Assembly: GCA_027021705.1 (NCBI GenBank)
Contig: JALUTT010000181.1
Coordinates: forward strand, 1 to 64,000
Reading direction: 5' to 3'
DNA from: Anaerolineae bacterium
Lineage (GTDB): Bacteria > Chloroflexota > Anaerolineae > S140-20
DNA length: 64,000 bases
Part shown: positions 29,939-39,043 of the stretch, one piece after another
Layout: each line of letters opens with the position of its first letter
Numbering within the stretch: the stretch's first letter is position 1
Position numbers and translations under genes: made by a program
Notes under the pieces: model-generated
Told to the model about the DNA's origin: nothing
The model's input: only the letters and a program-made list of their open reading frames with translations
Database searches by the model: none

Positions 29939-31069
29939 TTACCGGAAGGGTGGCGAGTAGAGCAGGCCCCCTTCGGTCCAGAGGGTGTTGACCCCCCGGC
30001 CCAACCCCAGCGGGGTCAGGTTGCGATCGAAGATCTCCGCGTAGTTGCCGACGTGGCGGATGACGCGGACGGCGAAGTCGTTGCTCAGACCAAGCTGCTG
30101 GCCCAGATCGCCCTCCAGGCCCAGGAAGCGGCGGATCTCCGGCTTATCGCTGTCCATAAACTGGTCAATGTTCTGGGAGGTGATGCCGAACTCCTCGGCC
30201 TGGATGGTGGCGAAGACGACCCACTTGACCACGTCGAACCACTGATCATCGCCGTGGGGAACCACGGGCCCCAGAGGCTCCTTGGACATCACCACATCGA
30301 GGATGACGTGGTCGTCGGGGTTCTTGAAGACGGTGCGGCGAGCAGCCAACTGGGAGCGGTCGCTGGTCACGGCGTCGCACCGGCCTTCCTCGTAGGCGGC
30401 ATAAGTGGAGTCAATGTCCTCGAAGACCACCGGCGTGAAGTCCACCCCCAACTCGCGCATCTTGTCGGTCAGGTTGAGCTCGGTGGTGGTGCCGGTCTGA
30501 ACGCAGATGGAAGCACCCTCCAGGTCCTCCAGCTTGGTCACCCCCAGGTCCTTGCGGACCATCATGCCCTGGCCATCGTAGAAGATGGTGGGGGCGAAGT
30601 TACCCCAACTGGCGTCACGGCTGCTGGTCCAAGTGGTGTTGCGGATGAGAACGTCAATCTCGCCGCTCTGCAGGGCGGTAGAGCGCTCCTTGGCGGAGAG
30701 GGGGCGGAACTCCACAGCGTTGGGGTCGTTGAAGAGGGCGGCAGCGACGGCGCGACAGTAGTCGGCGTCGAAGCCGGTAAACTGACCGGTCGCCTCATCA
30801 AGGAAGCTGAAGCCCGGCAGCCCGCCGTTGACGCCGCAGATGAGCTTACCCCGATCCAAGATCGTCTGCAGGCGCGTGCCGGTCGGCGCGGCAGCGGCCG
30901 GGACCTCCCGCGTCACCTCGACGACGACCGTCTCGACCACCTTCTCCCCCTCGGCGGGGACGAGACGGGTGACCTCGACGGTCTTCTCGATCGTCTTCGT
31001 GCCACAGGCGGACAGCAGAAGGGCAGCGACGATAAGAAAAGCGGTGAGCGTCCAGAGCTTGCGGTTCAC
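29939..31069 (-). CDS. General L-amino acid ABC substrate-binding lipoprotein (AapJ/BztA-like)
   Basis: GTG start after GGAGGAG, LSAC lipobox, GFDADYCRA, RNTTWT, SKEPLGP, VGNYAEIF, GGLLYSPPFR. Confidence 0.93.
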   Translation of the reverse strand: MNRKLWTLTAFLIVAALLLSACGTKTIEKTVEVTRLVPAEGEKVVETVVVEVTREVPAAAAPTGTRLQTILDRGKLICGVNGGLPGFSFLDEATGQFTGFDADYCRAVAAALFNDPNAVEFRPLSAKERSTALQSGEIDVLIRNTTWTSSRDASWGNFAPTIFYDGQGMMVRKDLGVTKLEDLEGASICVQTGTTTELNLTDKMRELGVDFTPVVFEDIDSTYAAYEEGRCDAVTSDRSQLAARRTVFKNPDDHVILDVVMSKEPLGPVVPHGDDQWFDVVKWVVFATIQAEEFGITSQNIDQFMDSDKPEIRRFLGLEGDLGQQLGLSNDFAVRVIRHVGNYAEIFDRNLTPLGLGRGVNTLWTEGGLLYSPPFR

Positions 31070-31370
31070 TTTTTCTCCTCCTTCGTGTTCAGATGGGGTA
31101 AAAACGACCGTTGCAATTTGCAATCCGCAATTCGCATTCGCAACTTGCAGTTTGTAGGGCCTCACCTCCTTCCACAGTAAAGTAAAAAACGTTTCTCCCG
31201 TAGAGGGTACAACGGGCTGGGAACGAAACGACCATGAGGAAACCCCCAACCTGGCGTGGCCTGGAGGGGATAGAAACACCGGGCGGGGGCAGACCGGCAG
31301 GATAGCTTGTCGGTTGACCGTCGTATGAGCACAACGTAAACTGGAATTGGGCTGCGTAGAGGTCTACATC

Positions 31371-31399
31371 ATTATACACGATTGGGACGAAACACGCAA
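31371..31399 (-). promoter_or_regulatory. Putative sigma70 promoter of the aap-like operon
   Basis: Minus strand TTGCGT-N17-TATAAT about 300 nt upstream of the start. Confidence 0.5.
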
Positions 31400-31411
31400 C
31401 ATCTATTTTTG

Positions 31412-31566
31412 CGGTGATTACCCATATCTTTGGAGATAGGGAGACGAGCCGTCCACGAATGGGGCACGAATACACGAATTAAGGGCCGCCTCATTCGTGC
31501 ATTGGTGAGAAATTCGTGGACGGCCTGCTACGGACCACTCTCTCGCTCCCTTGTGGGTAATCACCG
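31412..31566. mobile_element. 155-bp MITE-like element (copy 2)
   Basis: TIR CGGTGATTACCCA; flanked by direct repeat CTATTTTTG (31403-31411, 31568-31576). Confidence 0.88.
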
Positions 31567-31674
31567 GCTATTTTTGCATCAACCCGCCTCTTTGGTCTTT
31601 CGCGTCCCGTGTGTTATCATCCCTGCAAGGCGGAAGGGCGAAGCAAAGGCGAGCGGAGGCAGGAGGAAGCTCTT

Positions 31675-32634
31675 ATGGCCGAAGGGGTCGCCGTCGTCAT
31701 CGTCAACTGGAACGGTCTGCAGCACCTGCGTATCTGCATCCCGGCGGTGCTGGCCCAGGATTACCCCGACTTCCAGGTGGTCGTGGTGGACAACGGCTCG
31801 ACCGATGGCTCCGGGGAGTGGCTGCGGGCGGAGTTCCCAGGGGTGCGTCTGATCGCCAACGACGCCAACCACGGCTTCGCCAAAGCAACCAATCAGGGGA
31901 TCCGCGCCACCAAAAGCGCTTACGTGGCCACCCTGAACAACGACGCCCGGCCAGAGCCCTACTGGCTGAGCGCGATGGTGGAAGCGATGGAGCGTGAGGA
32001 CCGGGTCGGGATGGTGGCCGCCCAGATCCGACTCGCCCACCATCCCGACCGGCTGGACTCGGCAGGGATCGAGGTGGATCGGCTGGGGATCGCCTGGAAC
32101 CGCCGCTTCGGACAACCCGTCGAGGAGGAACCCCCGGGGGTTCAGGAGGTCTTCGGTCCCTGCGGGGCCGCTGCCCTCTACCGGCGGGCGATGCTGGACG
32201 AGGTCGGCCTCTTCGACGAGCGCTTCTTCGCCTACTACGAAGACGTCGAACTGGCCTGGCGGGCCCGGCGGGCCGGATGGCGCTGCCTCTACACCCCCCA
32301 GGGGCGGGTCTACCACGTCCACTCGGCCACCGGCGGGCGGATGCCGGCCTTCAAAGCCTACCACCTGGGTCGGAACAAGTGGTGGACCCTCTTCAAGCAC
32401 TATCCCTTTCGTGCGTTGTGGCGGTGGGTCCCCCTGATGGTCATCGGCGACACCATCGCCTGGCTGTGGCCGCTGCTCCGGCGGGGGGAGACCGCCGGAC
32501 TCCGGGGGCGGTGGGCGGCCTTCCGGCAGCGAAAACCCTTCCTGGCCGAGCGGGAAGCCCCCTTCTACCGGGTCTCCCCCACCCTCCAGCCCCCTCGGTT
32601 CCGGCGGTTCCTCCTCGCCCTCTTCAGGGGATAG
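31675..32634 (+). CDS. Glycosyltransferase family 2 (WbbL/rhamnosyltransferase-like)
   Basis: VIVNWNG, VVDNGSTDGS, LNNDA, FDERFFAYYEDVE. Confidence 0.9.
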   Translation: MAEGVAVVIVNWNGLQHLRICIPAVLAQDYPDFQVVVVDNGSTDGSGEWLRAEFPGVRLIANDANHGFAKATNQGIRATKSAYVATLNNDARPEPYWLSAMVEAMEREDRVGMVAAQIRLAHHPDRLDSAGIEVDRLGIAWNRRFGQPVEEEPPGVQEVFGPCGAAALYRRAMLDEVGLFDERFFAYYEDVELAWRARRAGWRCLYTPQGRVYHVHSATGGRMPAFKAYHLGRNKWWTLFKHYPFRALWRWVPLMVIGDTIAWLWPLLRRGETAGLRGRWAAFRQRKPFLAEREAPFYRVSPTLQPPRFRRFLLALFRG

Positions 32635-32646
32635 CCCGATAGCCCG

Positions 32647-35600
32647 CTACTTGCGCCGCCGAGGGAAGCGGGAGAGGATGGTTGCCGGGCCGGGCAGCAC
32701 GATCCGGTCCCCCCACTCCAGCGCCTCCAGCGGCTTCTCCTTGGGCTTGCGGCGCGGCATCGTCAGAATCCCCACCGGCGTCCCCTCCTCGGCGTACTTC
32801 AGGTCCACGTAAGCCTGCCCCAACAGGTAGCCCTCGCTGTCAATGGCGCAGCTGGTCACGCGCCCCACCACCTTCCCCTTGCGGTCCACCACGGCGGTCA
32901 TCGGATGGGGCATCGGCACCCCCTTGTCGTTCATGCGGAAGCGGGTGACCACCGCCTTGCGCTCTCGCTCGTGGGCGAGGAAGGCATCGCGGCCCACGAA
33001 GAAGGGCTTGTAGACCTTGACGTAGCTGGCGAACCCGGCATCGCCCGGCCCCAGGTCTAGCGGACCGGCCAGTTCGTGGCCGTAGAGGGGCAGCCCCGCC
33101 TCCGTCCGCAGGCTGTCCCGCGCCCCCAGCCCGATGGGCTTCAGTCCGAAGGGCTCCCCCACCTCCAGGAGCAGCCTCCAGAAGTCGGGCGTCCGGTCGG
33201 GGTCCAGGAAGAGCTCGAAGGCGACCCGCTCGCCGGTGTAGCCGGTCCGGGTGACGATGACGTCGAAGCCGCTCAGCGTCACCTGGGTCACGCCGGCCCA
33301 GGGCAGCGCGGCGATCTTGGCCCGGTCCTCCTCGCTCGCCTCCAAGGCCAGGAGGATTTCCCGGGAGCGCGGCCCCTGCAGGGCCAGGTCCACCCGCCGG
33401 GCAGCGCCCAGAGCCGGGTCCCGCAGGTCGCGCAGCGTCACCTCGCCTTGGAAGCGGGCCCAGGGCCGCTCCCGGCTGATGCGGTAGGCCCCCCGTAGCA
33501 CACCGTTGAGCCAGGCCCAGTCCTTGTCGTTGTTGGCCGCATTGACCACGAGCATGAAGCGGTCTCCGGCCAGCCGGTAGACGAAGATGTCGTCCAGGAC
33601 GTGGCCGGTGGGGTCCAGCAGGTAGCTGTAGTGGGCCTGGCCCACGGGCAGGGCGGCCACGTCGTTGGCCGTCACCAGGTCCAGGAAGGACTCGGCGTCG
33701 GGGCCGGCGACCTCGAAGACGCCCATGTGGGAGACGTCGAAGAGGCCGGCTGCTTGGCGCACCGCCCGGTGCTCCTCCAGGACACCGCTGTACCAGACCG
33801 GCATCTCCCATCCGGCGAAGGGGACCATCTTCGCCTTCATCGCCCGGTGGGTCTCGAAGAGGGCCGTCCGCTGCATCTCCCCCTCCTCCGTCTCCTCCCA
33901 GGTGAAGGCGGGGAGGGCCGGCCAACGGCCGGCCGAGGGGATCCCTTTCATAGCGCCGGCGTAGCCGATGAAGGTGGGCTTGGTGAAGTCGGCACCGGCG
34001 ACGGCGGCCTCCGGCGGGGCGTCGTCCTCACCCGAGGGAAGGACCTCGGCCCCCACGAGGGGTCGGGGGAGTTGGGCCTGTAGGCGGTCCACCACCTCCT
34101 GGGGCAGTTCCTCGATGACGACAGGACCGGGGGCCTTGGCCGGCAGGTCCTCGGCGTCCACTTCGACGTAGCCGTCGGAGAGGGCCCGCAGCCAGGTGGC
34201 GACCCGCCCGAAGGCCTCCCGGGGCAGGAGCAGGTGGTAGCGATCCCGCTCCGGGCCGGGCCGGACGAGGAAGGCCGGGGCCATCACCTGCCCCGTCTTC
34301 TCCAGCAGCCAGGTGACCCGGCCCTGTCCCGGCTCCAGCCGCCCCACCCGACCGGTCGTCGCCAGGTCCAGCAGGGCGGTGGCCCGCCCGCCGATGACCG
34401 CCAGGCCGGCGTAGTCTCCCCCCGTCGCCGGGGCATCCTGGAGGCTGTAGAAGTGGGGGTAGCCTCGAGGCGGCCCGGAAGGCTCTTGACAGGCCCAGGG
34501 GAGCAGGGCGGCCACCCGGGCCTTGGCCGCCTCCAGAGCGTCGAAATCCACTTTGGCCCGGAGGAGGAAGCCCTTGCGCCCGGCGTAGCGGTAGGGCGTC
34601 GTCGCGCGGAGCACCTGGGCGATGATGGCGGCCAACTCCCGCATCTCCGGCTCCTTCATCCCCCGCTGGGTGACCCAAGGGGTGCCCAGCCGGATGCCGC
34701 TGGCCTTCAAGGCCGAGGCGTCGCCGGGGATGGTGTTCCGGTTGCAGACGAGGCCGGCCAGGTCCAGGATGCGGGCCGCCAGGTCGCCGCTGAGGGGCGT
34801 GCCATCGGGCCCCCGCACGCTCTTGCAGTCCACCAGGAGCATGTGGGACTCGGTGCCCCCGTAGGGGATGCGCAGCCCCTCCTCGGCCAGGCCGGCGGCC
34901 AGCGCCTTGGCGTTGGCGACGATCTGGTGCTGGAGGGTCCGAAACTCCGGGCTCTGGGCGATCTTAAAGGCGACGGCCATCGCGGCGAACTTGTTGACGT
35001 GGGGACCACCCTGGAGGCCGGGGAAGACGGCCCGGTCCAGCTTGCGGGCCAAGCGGCGGTCGGTCGTCAGGATGACGGCGGCGCGGGGACCGCACAACGT
35101 CTTGTGGGTCGTGAAGGTGATGACGTGGGCGTGGCCCAGAGGGGTGGGGAAGGCCCCGGCGACGACGAGGCCGGCGACGTGGGCGATGTCGGCCAGCAGG
35201 TAGGCGCCGACCGCATCGGCGATCTGGCGGAAGCGGGCCCAGTCGGGCGGGTAAGGATAGGAGGTGTAGCCGGCGATGATCATCTTGGGCCGGTGCTCTC
35301 GGGCCAGGGCCTCGATGACCTCGTAGTCCAACCGCTCCGTCTTCGGGTCCACGCCGTAGTGGACGATGTGAAAGTGGCGTCCTGTGGCGCTGACGGGCGC
35401 TCCGTGGCTCAGGTGGCCGCCGTGGATGAGGGACATGCTCAGCACCGTATCCCCCGGCTCCAGCAGCGCCTCGTAGACGGCCAGGTTGGCCGGTGCGCCG
35501 GAGAGGGGCTGGACGTTCACGTAGAGGTCCTCGGGAGCGAAGCCGGGGGCGGTGGCGGCGAAGAGCTCAGCCGCCCGGCGGCGGGCCAGCGCCTCCACCA

Positions 35601-35913
35601 GGTCGGCGTACTCCACCCCCTTGTAGTAGCGGGGGTCGGAGTAGCGGCGGTACTCGGCCAGCCGCCAGCGGTAATCCAGGATTTCGGCCTCGCTCATCCA
35701 GCGGGTCTCCTCAGGAGGGTATCCTTCGGCGTAGATGTTCTCGAAGACCGAGCCTAGGGCCTGTTGAACGGCCAAAGGGGCACACGATTCCGAGGGAATG
35801 AGGATCAACTTGCGAGTCTGGCGCTCCGTCTCCAGGTCCAGCAGCTCTGCCACTGCCGGGTCCACCTCGGCCAGGCTCTGTCGGGAGAAAGACTGGACAT
35901 TCGGCGTAGCCAT
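32647..35913 (-). CDS. glyA-gcvT: Serine hydroxymethyltransferase - glycine cleavage T protein fusion (1088 aa)
   Basis: LIPSES, YAEGYP, GGHLSHG, TTHKTLCGPR, PGLQGGP, SGIRLGT (SHMT) continuous in frame with FAGWEMPV, FDVSHMG, RTGYTGE, GLGARDSLRTEAGLPLYG (GcvT); start MATPNV after AAGGAG. Confidence 0.93.
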   Translation of the reverse strand: MATPNVQSFSRQSLAEVDPAVAELLDLETERQTRKLILIPSESCAPLAVQQALGSVFENIYAEGYPPEETRWMSEAEILDYRWRLAEYRRYSDPRYYKGVEYADLVEALARRRAAELFAATAPGFAPEDLYVNVQPLSGAPANLAVYEALLEPGDTVLSMSLIHGGHLSHGAPVSATGRHFHIVHYGVDPKTERLDYEVIEALAREHRPKMIIAGYTSYPYPPDWARFRQIADAVGAYLLADIAHVAGLVVAGAFPTPLGHAHVITFTTHKTLCGPRAAVILTTDRRLARKLDRAVFPGLQGGPHVNKFAAMAVAFKIAQSPEFRTLQHQIVANAKALAAGLAEEGLRIPYGGTESHMLLVDCKSVRGPDGTPLSGDLAARILDLAGLVCNRNTIPGDASALKASGIRLGTPWVTQRGMKEPEMRELAAIIAQVLRATTPYRYAGRKGFLLRAKVDFDALEAAKARVAALLPWACQEPSGPPRGYPHFYSLQDAPATGGDYAGLAVIGGRATALLDLATTGRVGRLEPGQGRVTWLLEKTGQVMAPAFLVRPGPERDRYHLLLPREAFGRVATWLRALSDGYVEVDAEDLPAKAPGPVVIEELPQEVVDRLQAQLPRPLVGAEVLPSGEDDAPPEAAVAGADFTKPTFIGYAGAMKGIPSAGRWPALPAFTWEETEEGEMQRTALFETHRAMKAKMVPFAGWEMPVWYSGVLEEHRAVRQAAGLFDVSHMGVFEVAGPDAESFLDLVTANDVAALPVGQAHYSYLLDPTGHVLDDIFVYRLAGDRFMLVVNAANNDKDWAWLNGVLRGAYRISRERPWARFQGEVTLRDLRDPALGAARRVDLALQGPRSREILLALEASEEDRAKIAALPWAGVTQVTLSGFDVIVTRTGYTGERVAFELFLDPDRTPDFWRLLLEVGEPFGLKPIGLGARDSLRTEAGLPLYGHELAGPLDLGPGDAGFASYVKVYKPFFVGRDAFLAHERERKAVVTRFRMNDKGVPMPHPMTAVVDRKGKVVGRVTSCAIDSEGYLLGQAYVDLKYAEEGTPVGILTMPRRKPKEKPLEALEWGDRIVLPGPATILSRFPRRRK

Positions 35914-36005
35914 CGGTTCAACTCCTTGTGACCTATGGTCTTGTGACCCGTGGTGTAGGAGGAGATCGTCAACAACGCTGTTGACCGCGTTCACTGACGT
36001 GAGGC

Positions 36006-36061
36006 ACTTGTCAGACAACTAGGGCTACGCCATTGTAGCACGGTTGGTGGGGGCCTGTCAA
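36006..36061 (-). promoter_or_regulatory. Promoter and GntR-type operator upstream of glyA-gcvT
   Basis: Minus strand TTGACA-N18-TACAAT then TAGTTGTCTGACAAGT palindrome. Confidence 0.65.
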
Positions 36062-36079
36062 GGAGGAACGTCCAGCCGA

Positions 36080-36445
36080 CATAGCGGCAGCGGCAGAGGA
36101 GGCACCGAGGGCCGAGGCACTGAGGATCGAGGGGCAAGGGGCAGGGGGCAGGGAGCAAGGACCAAGTGACCACGTGGCCGACCGCCGACGGCCGACCGCC
36201 GACCGCCGATCAAGCGGCAAGCGGCAAGCAGCAAGGGGCAGGGGGCAAGGGGCAGGGGGCAAGGGGCAAGGACCAAGTGACCAAGCGACCACTCGACCAC
36301 TCGACCAAGCGACCTAGCGGCGGACCGAGGACTGAGGACTGCGGACTGAGGACTGCGGACCATCCGACCACTCGACCAAGCGGCCTAGCGGCGGACCGAG
36401 GACTGAGGACTGCGGACTGCGGACTGAGGACTGCGGACCACTCGC
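36080..36445. repeat. Heptamer/octamer tandem repeat mosaic (GGGGCAA/G, GACCGCC, GACCAAGT, GGACTGA/GGACTGC)
   Basis: Directly visible tracts between glyA-gcvT and the DUF362-like gene. Confidence 0.9.
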
Positions 36446-36449
36446 CCCC

Positions 36450-37784
36450 TCACGAGACCTCGACCCGCCGGTAGTCAATCTGCGTGTAGCCGCTCCCCCA
36501 GGGGTCGCCCCGTTCGTAGGTGCCCAACCCCGCCTGAGCCGCCAGCTTGAGATAGTCATCCCGGTGGCCCGCTTGAGGATGGTAGACCGGCTCCGCATCC
36601 AGGATGTCCAGCATCACGCAATCCACCGCCACCTGGTCGGAGGAGAGGAAGAGACTGTTGGGGGCCTGGTCGCCGAAGGTGCTCCAGCGGCGAGGCTCGG
36701 TGTTGGTGTTGCCCAGAGCCCCAAAGAGCCCATCCCCCAAGACCAGCACCGTCTTGTCCCGGATGTGGGGATTCAGGCAGATGTCCACCAGGGGGCTGTA
36801 GCTGGTGCTGTAGAGGGAGTTGGTGGGGTTGATGTAGTAGTGCAGGTTGTCGTTCCCCGCCCCCTGGACATACTCGATGGTGCCAAAATGGTTCTTCAGC
36901 CCCAACGTCACGCCGCTGATGCCGTGGTCCTTCATAATGGGCACGTTGATCAGGTAGTCGGCGTTGATCACCACGTCCGTCAACCGCCGGTTCTTAAGGT
37001 CGGAGGCCTGGAAGGTGACTTCGGCATTGGGGTCGTTGCTGGTGAAGGTGGCATCCTCCCGGCATCCCTTGCTGATGTCGTCGAAGAAGCGCACGCCGCT
37101 GTAGAGGCAGCCGTTCACGAAGCGGTTGGGGAGCGCCCGGGAGGCGTCGAAGATCCAGATGTCGCTCTCGGCCACGCCGAAGCTCTTGAGCGTGGCGATC
37201 AGGGCGTTGACCGGCTCGATCAGCCCATCTATCACGTTATCGCTGTCCGTGCAGGTCGAGTTGTTGAAGTTGACCTTGATGGCGATGACCTGCCCTGACC
37301 GGTAGTTGGGGAGCAGTTGTTGCCAAGCGGCCTGCACCGAGTTGGTCCCCGTCAGCGCCTTCAGCCCCTCCTCGACCATCGTGTTGACCACCGATTGGTT
37401 GACATAATCACCGTACCAGCCCGTGCTGAAGTCCCACGAGGTGGCGTTGGCGGCGTGGACGTGGACGACGCGAGAGGAGCCGGGTTGAGGCGTGCTTCCG
37501 GGCGTCGGTGTGGCCGTGGCGGTGGGCGTTGCCGTAGGCGTTGAGGTCGGTGTAGCCGTAGCGGTGGGCGTTGCCGTAGGCGTCGGAGGCACAGACCTAC
37601 TCACGTAGGGGAGGTAGGACCGAGGCGTCAGGTCGAGGGTCTGCGCCCGGGGGGCCTCACCGGCCAGCCAGGAGAGCAACGCTCGGCCCGTCAGCAGCCC
37701 TCCTCCCAGGGTAACCAGTCCCTTCAACAGGTCTCTACGGCTGATCCGTCGCACATTCCCAGAGTCCTTCCCGTCTGCAGCCAT
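36450..37784 (-). CDS. Tat-exported DUF362-like protein with Pro/Thr linker
   Basis: SRRDLLK Tat motif, PTATPT linker, IAIKVN, INVPIMKDH, TLGLKNHFG, DQVAVD. Confidence 0.8.
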   Translation of the reverse strand: MAADGKDSGNVRRISRRDLLKGLVTLGGGLLTGRALLSWLAGEAPRAQTLDLTPRSYLPYVSRSVPPTPTATPTATATPTSTPTATPTATATPTPGSTPQPGSSRVVHVHAANATSWDFSTGWYGDYVNQSVVNTMVEEGLKALTGTNSVQAAWQQLLPNYRSGQVIAIKVNFNNSTCTDSDNVIDGLIEPVNALIATLKSFGVAESDIWIFDASRALPNRFVNGCLYSGVRFFDDISKGCREDATFTSNDPNAEVTFQASDLKNRRLTDVVINADYLINVPIMKDHGISGVTLGLKNHFGTIEYVQGAGNDNLHYYINPTNSLYSTSYSPLVDICLNPHIRDKTVLVLGDGLFGALGNTNTEPRRWSTFGDQAPNSLFLSSDQVAVDCVMLDILDAEPVYHPQAGHRDDYLKLAAQAGLGTYERGDPWGSGYTQIDYRRVEVS

Positions 37785-37818
37785 TGTACTCTCCCTCCCA
37801 CTAGGTCCTCTCTCAGGC

Positions 37819-37857
37819 TCCCCCCGCAGGTTCCTCCTAGCGTGACCTGCGGGAGGG
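37819..37857. repeat. REPIN/MITE-like element, CCCTCCCGCAGGT family (copy 4, minimal)
   Basis: CCCGCAGGT-TCCTCCTAGCGTG-ACCTGCGGG hairpin. Confidence 0.75.
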
Positions 37858-38067
37858 TGACATTAGCTTAGCACAAAATCCGCAAGCTGCCCATAGTTCT
37901 GCGGTCCTCCGGCTCATTTCTTACAAACTTTTAACGCCTTTGCTACTCCCCTTTAACCTTTCGTCCCTATACTGGGGCCAGGCGCGGGAACAATAAAGGC
38001 GACTTGTGGGTCGCCCTATGGTTAGGTCCGGGTAGGGTGCGACGTCAGAACAGGTGAGGGAAGCGCG

Positions 38068-39018
38068 GTGATCTCCTGCACAGTGGCCATCATGGCTTAC
38101 AACGAAGAGGCGAATATCGGTCGGCTGCTGGAGGCCCTTCTCCAGCAGCGGCTGAAGCGCGTCCAGATCGTCGAGATCGTGGTGGTGACCAGCGGCTGCA
38201 CCGATGGGACCGATCAGATCGTGGCTTCGTACGCCCGCCGCTACCCCCAGGTCCGCCACCTGCGCCAGCCCCGGCGCGAGGGCAAAGCCTCCGCCATCAA
38301 CCTGGCGCTGCGCACCATCCGTCAGGAGGTCATCGTCCTGCACAGCGCGGACACCATCCCGGCTCCTGATGCCATCGAGCACCTGGTCCGCCCCTTCGAG
38401 GACCCCGAGGTGGGGATGACGGGCAGCCGTCCGGTGCCCACCAACGACCCCCGCCGCTTTATGGGCTACGCGGCCCACCTGGAGTGGCAGCTCCACCATC
38501 AGATTTCGTTGCACCGCCCTAAGATGGGCGAGGTGATCGCCTTCCGCAACATCTTCCGCCAGATCCCCTACGATTCGGCGGTGGACGAGGCGAGCATTGA
38601 ACCCCTCATCCGGGGGCAGGGGCTGCGACTGGTCTACGTGCCCGAGGCGATCATCTACAACCGGGGGCCGGAGACGTTGTCCGACTTCCTCAAACAGCGA
38701 CGGCGCATCTACGCCGGCCACCTCTACGTCCGGGATATGCTGGGTTACCGGGTTTCGACGATGAGCGGCCGGCGCATCCTCCCCCTCTTCCTGAAGGAAA
38801 TCCTCTTCCCCTCTCCAACGCCGCCAGTGCCGGGCCAACCGGCTCGTCGGGTGGGTCGGCTGCGCCACCTGGTGTGGGGGCCGCTGGTGGCGGCCCTGGA
38901 GCTCTACGGTCGCCTGCTGGGACGTTGGGACTACACCATCTGGCGGCGCAAGCCTTTCGTCTGGCCGGTCGCCGAGACGACCAAAGAGGTGGTCGAGGTC
39001 GGGCAGGTCGGCCTGTAG
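38068..39018 (+). CDS. Glycosyltransferase family 2
   Basis: AYNEEANI, SGCTDGT, GKASAIN, QRRRI motif. Confidence 0.88.
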   Translation: MISCTVAIMAYNEEANIGRLLEALLQQRLKRVQIVEIVVVTSGCTDGTDQIVASYARRYPQVRHLRQPRREGKASAINLALRTIRQEVIVLHSADTIPAPDAIEHLVRPFEDPEVGMTGSRPVPTNDPRRFMGYAAHLEWQLHHQISLHRPKMGEVIAFRNIFRQIPYDSAVDEASIEPLIRGQGLRLVYVPEAIIYNRGPETLSDFLKQRRRIYAGHLYVRDMLGYRVSTMSGRRILPLFLKEILFPSPTPPVPGQPARRVGRLRHLVWGPLVAALELYGRLLGRWDYTIWRRKPFVWPVAETTKEVVEVGQVGL

Positions 39019-39043
39019 GAGCCTCTCCCCTCCCGAGGCGACG

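Noticed and set aside
31070..31365. T-box or riboswitch in the long aap-operon leader
   Set aside because: No T-box or known aptamer sequence recognised; contains only a short TTGCAAT/TCGCAAT repeat tract and an extra SD-like AAGGAGGTGA.
35914..36005. Glycine, ZTP or THF riboswitch upstream of glyA-gcvT
   Set aside because: Only a GTCAACA/TGTTGAC hairpin and a GGTCACAAG direct repeat are seen; no conserved aptamer motifs recognised. An Rfam scan would settle it.
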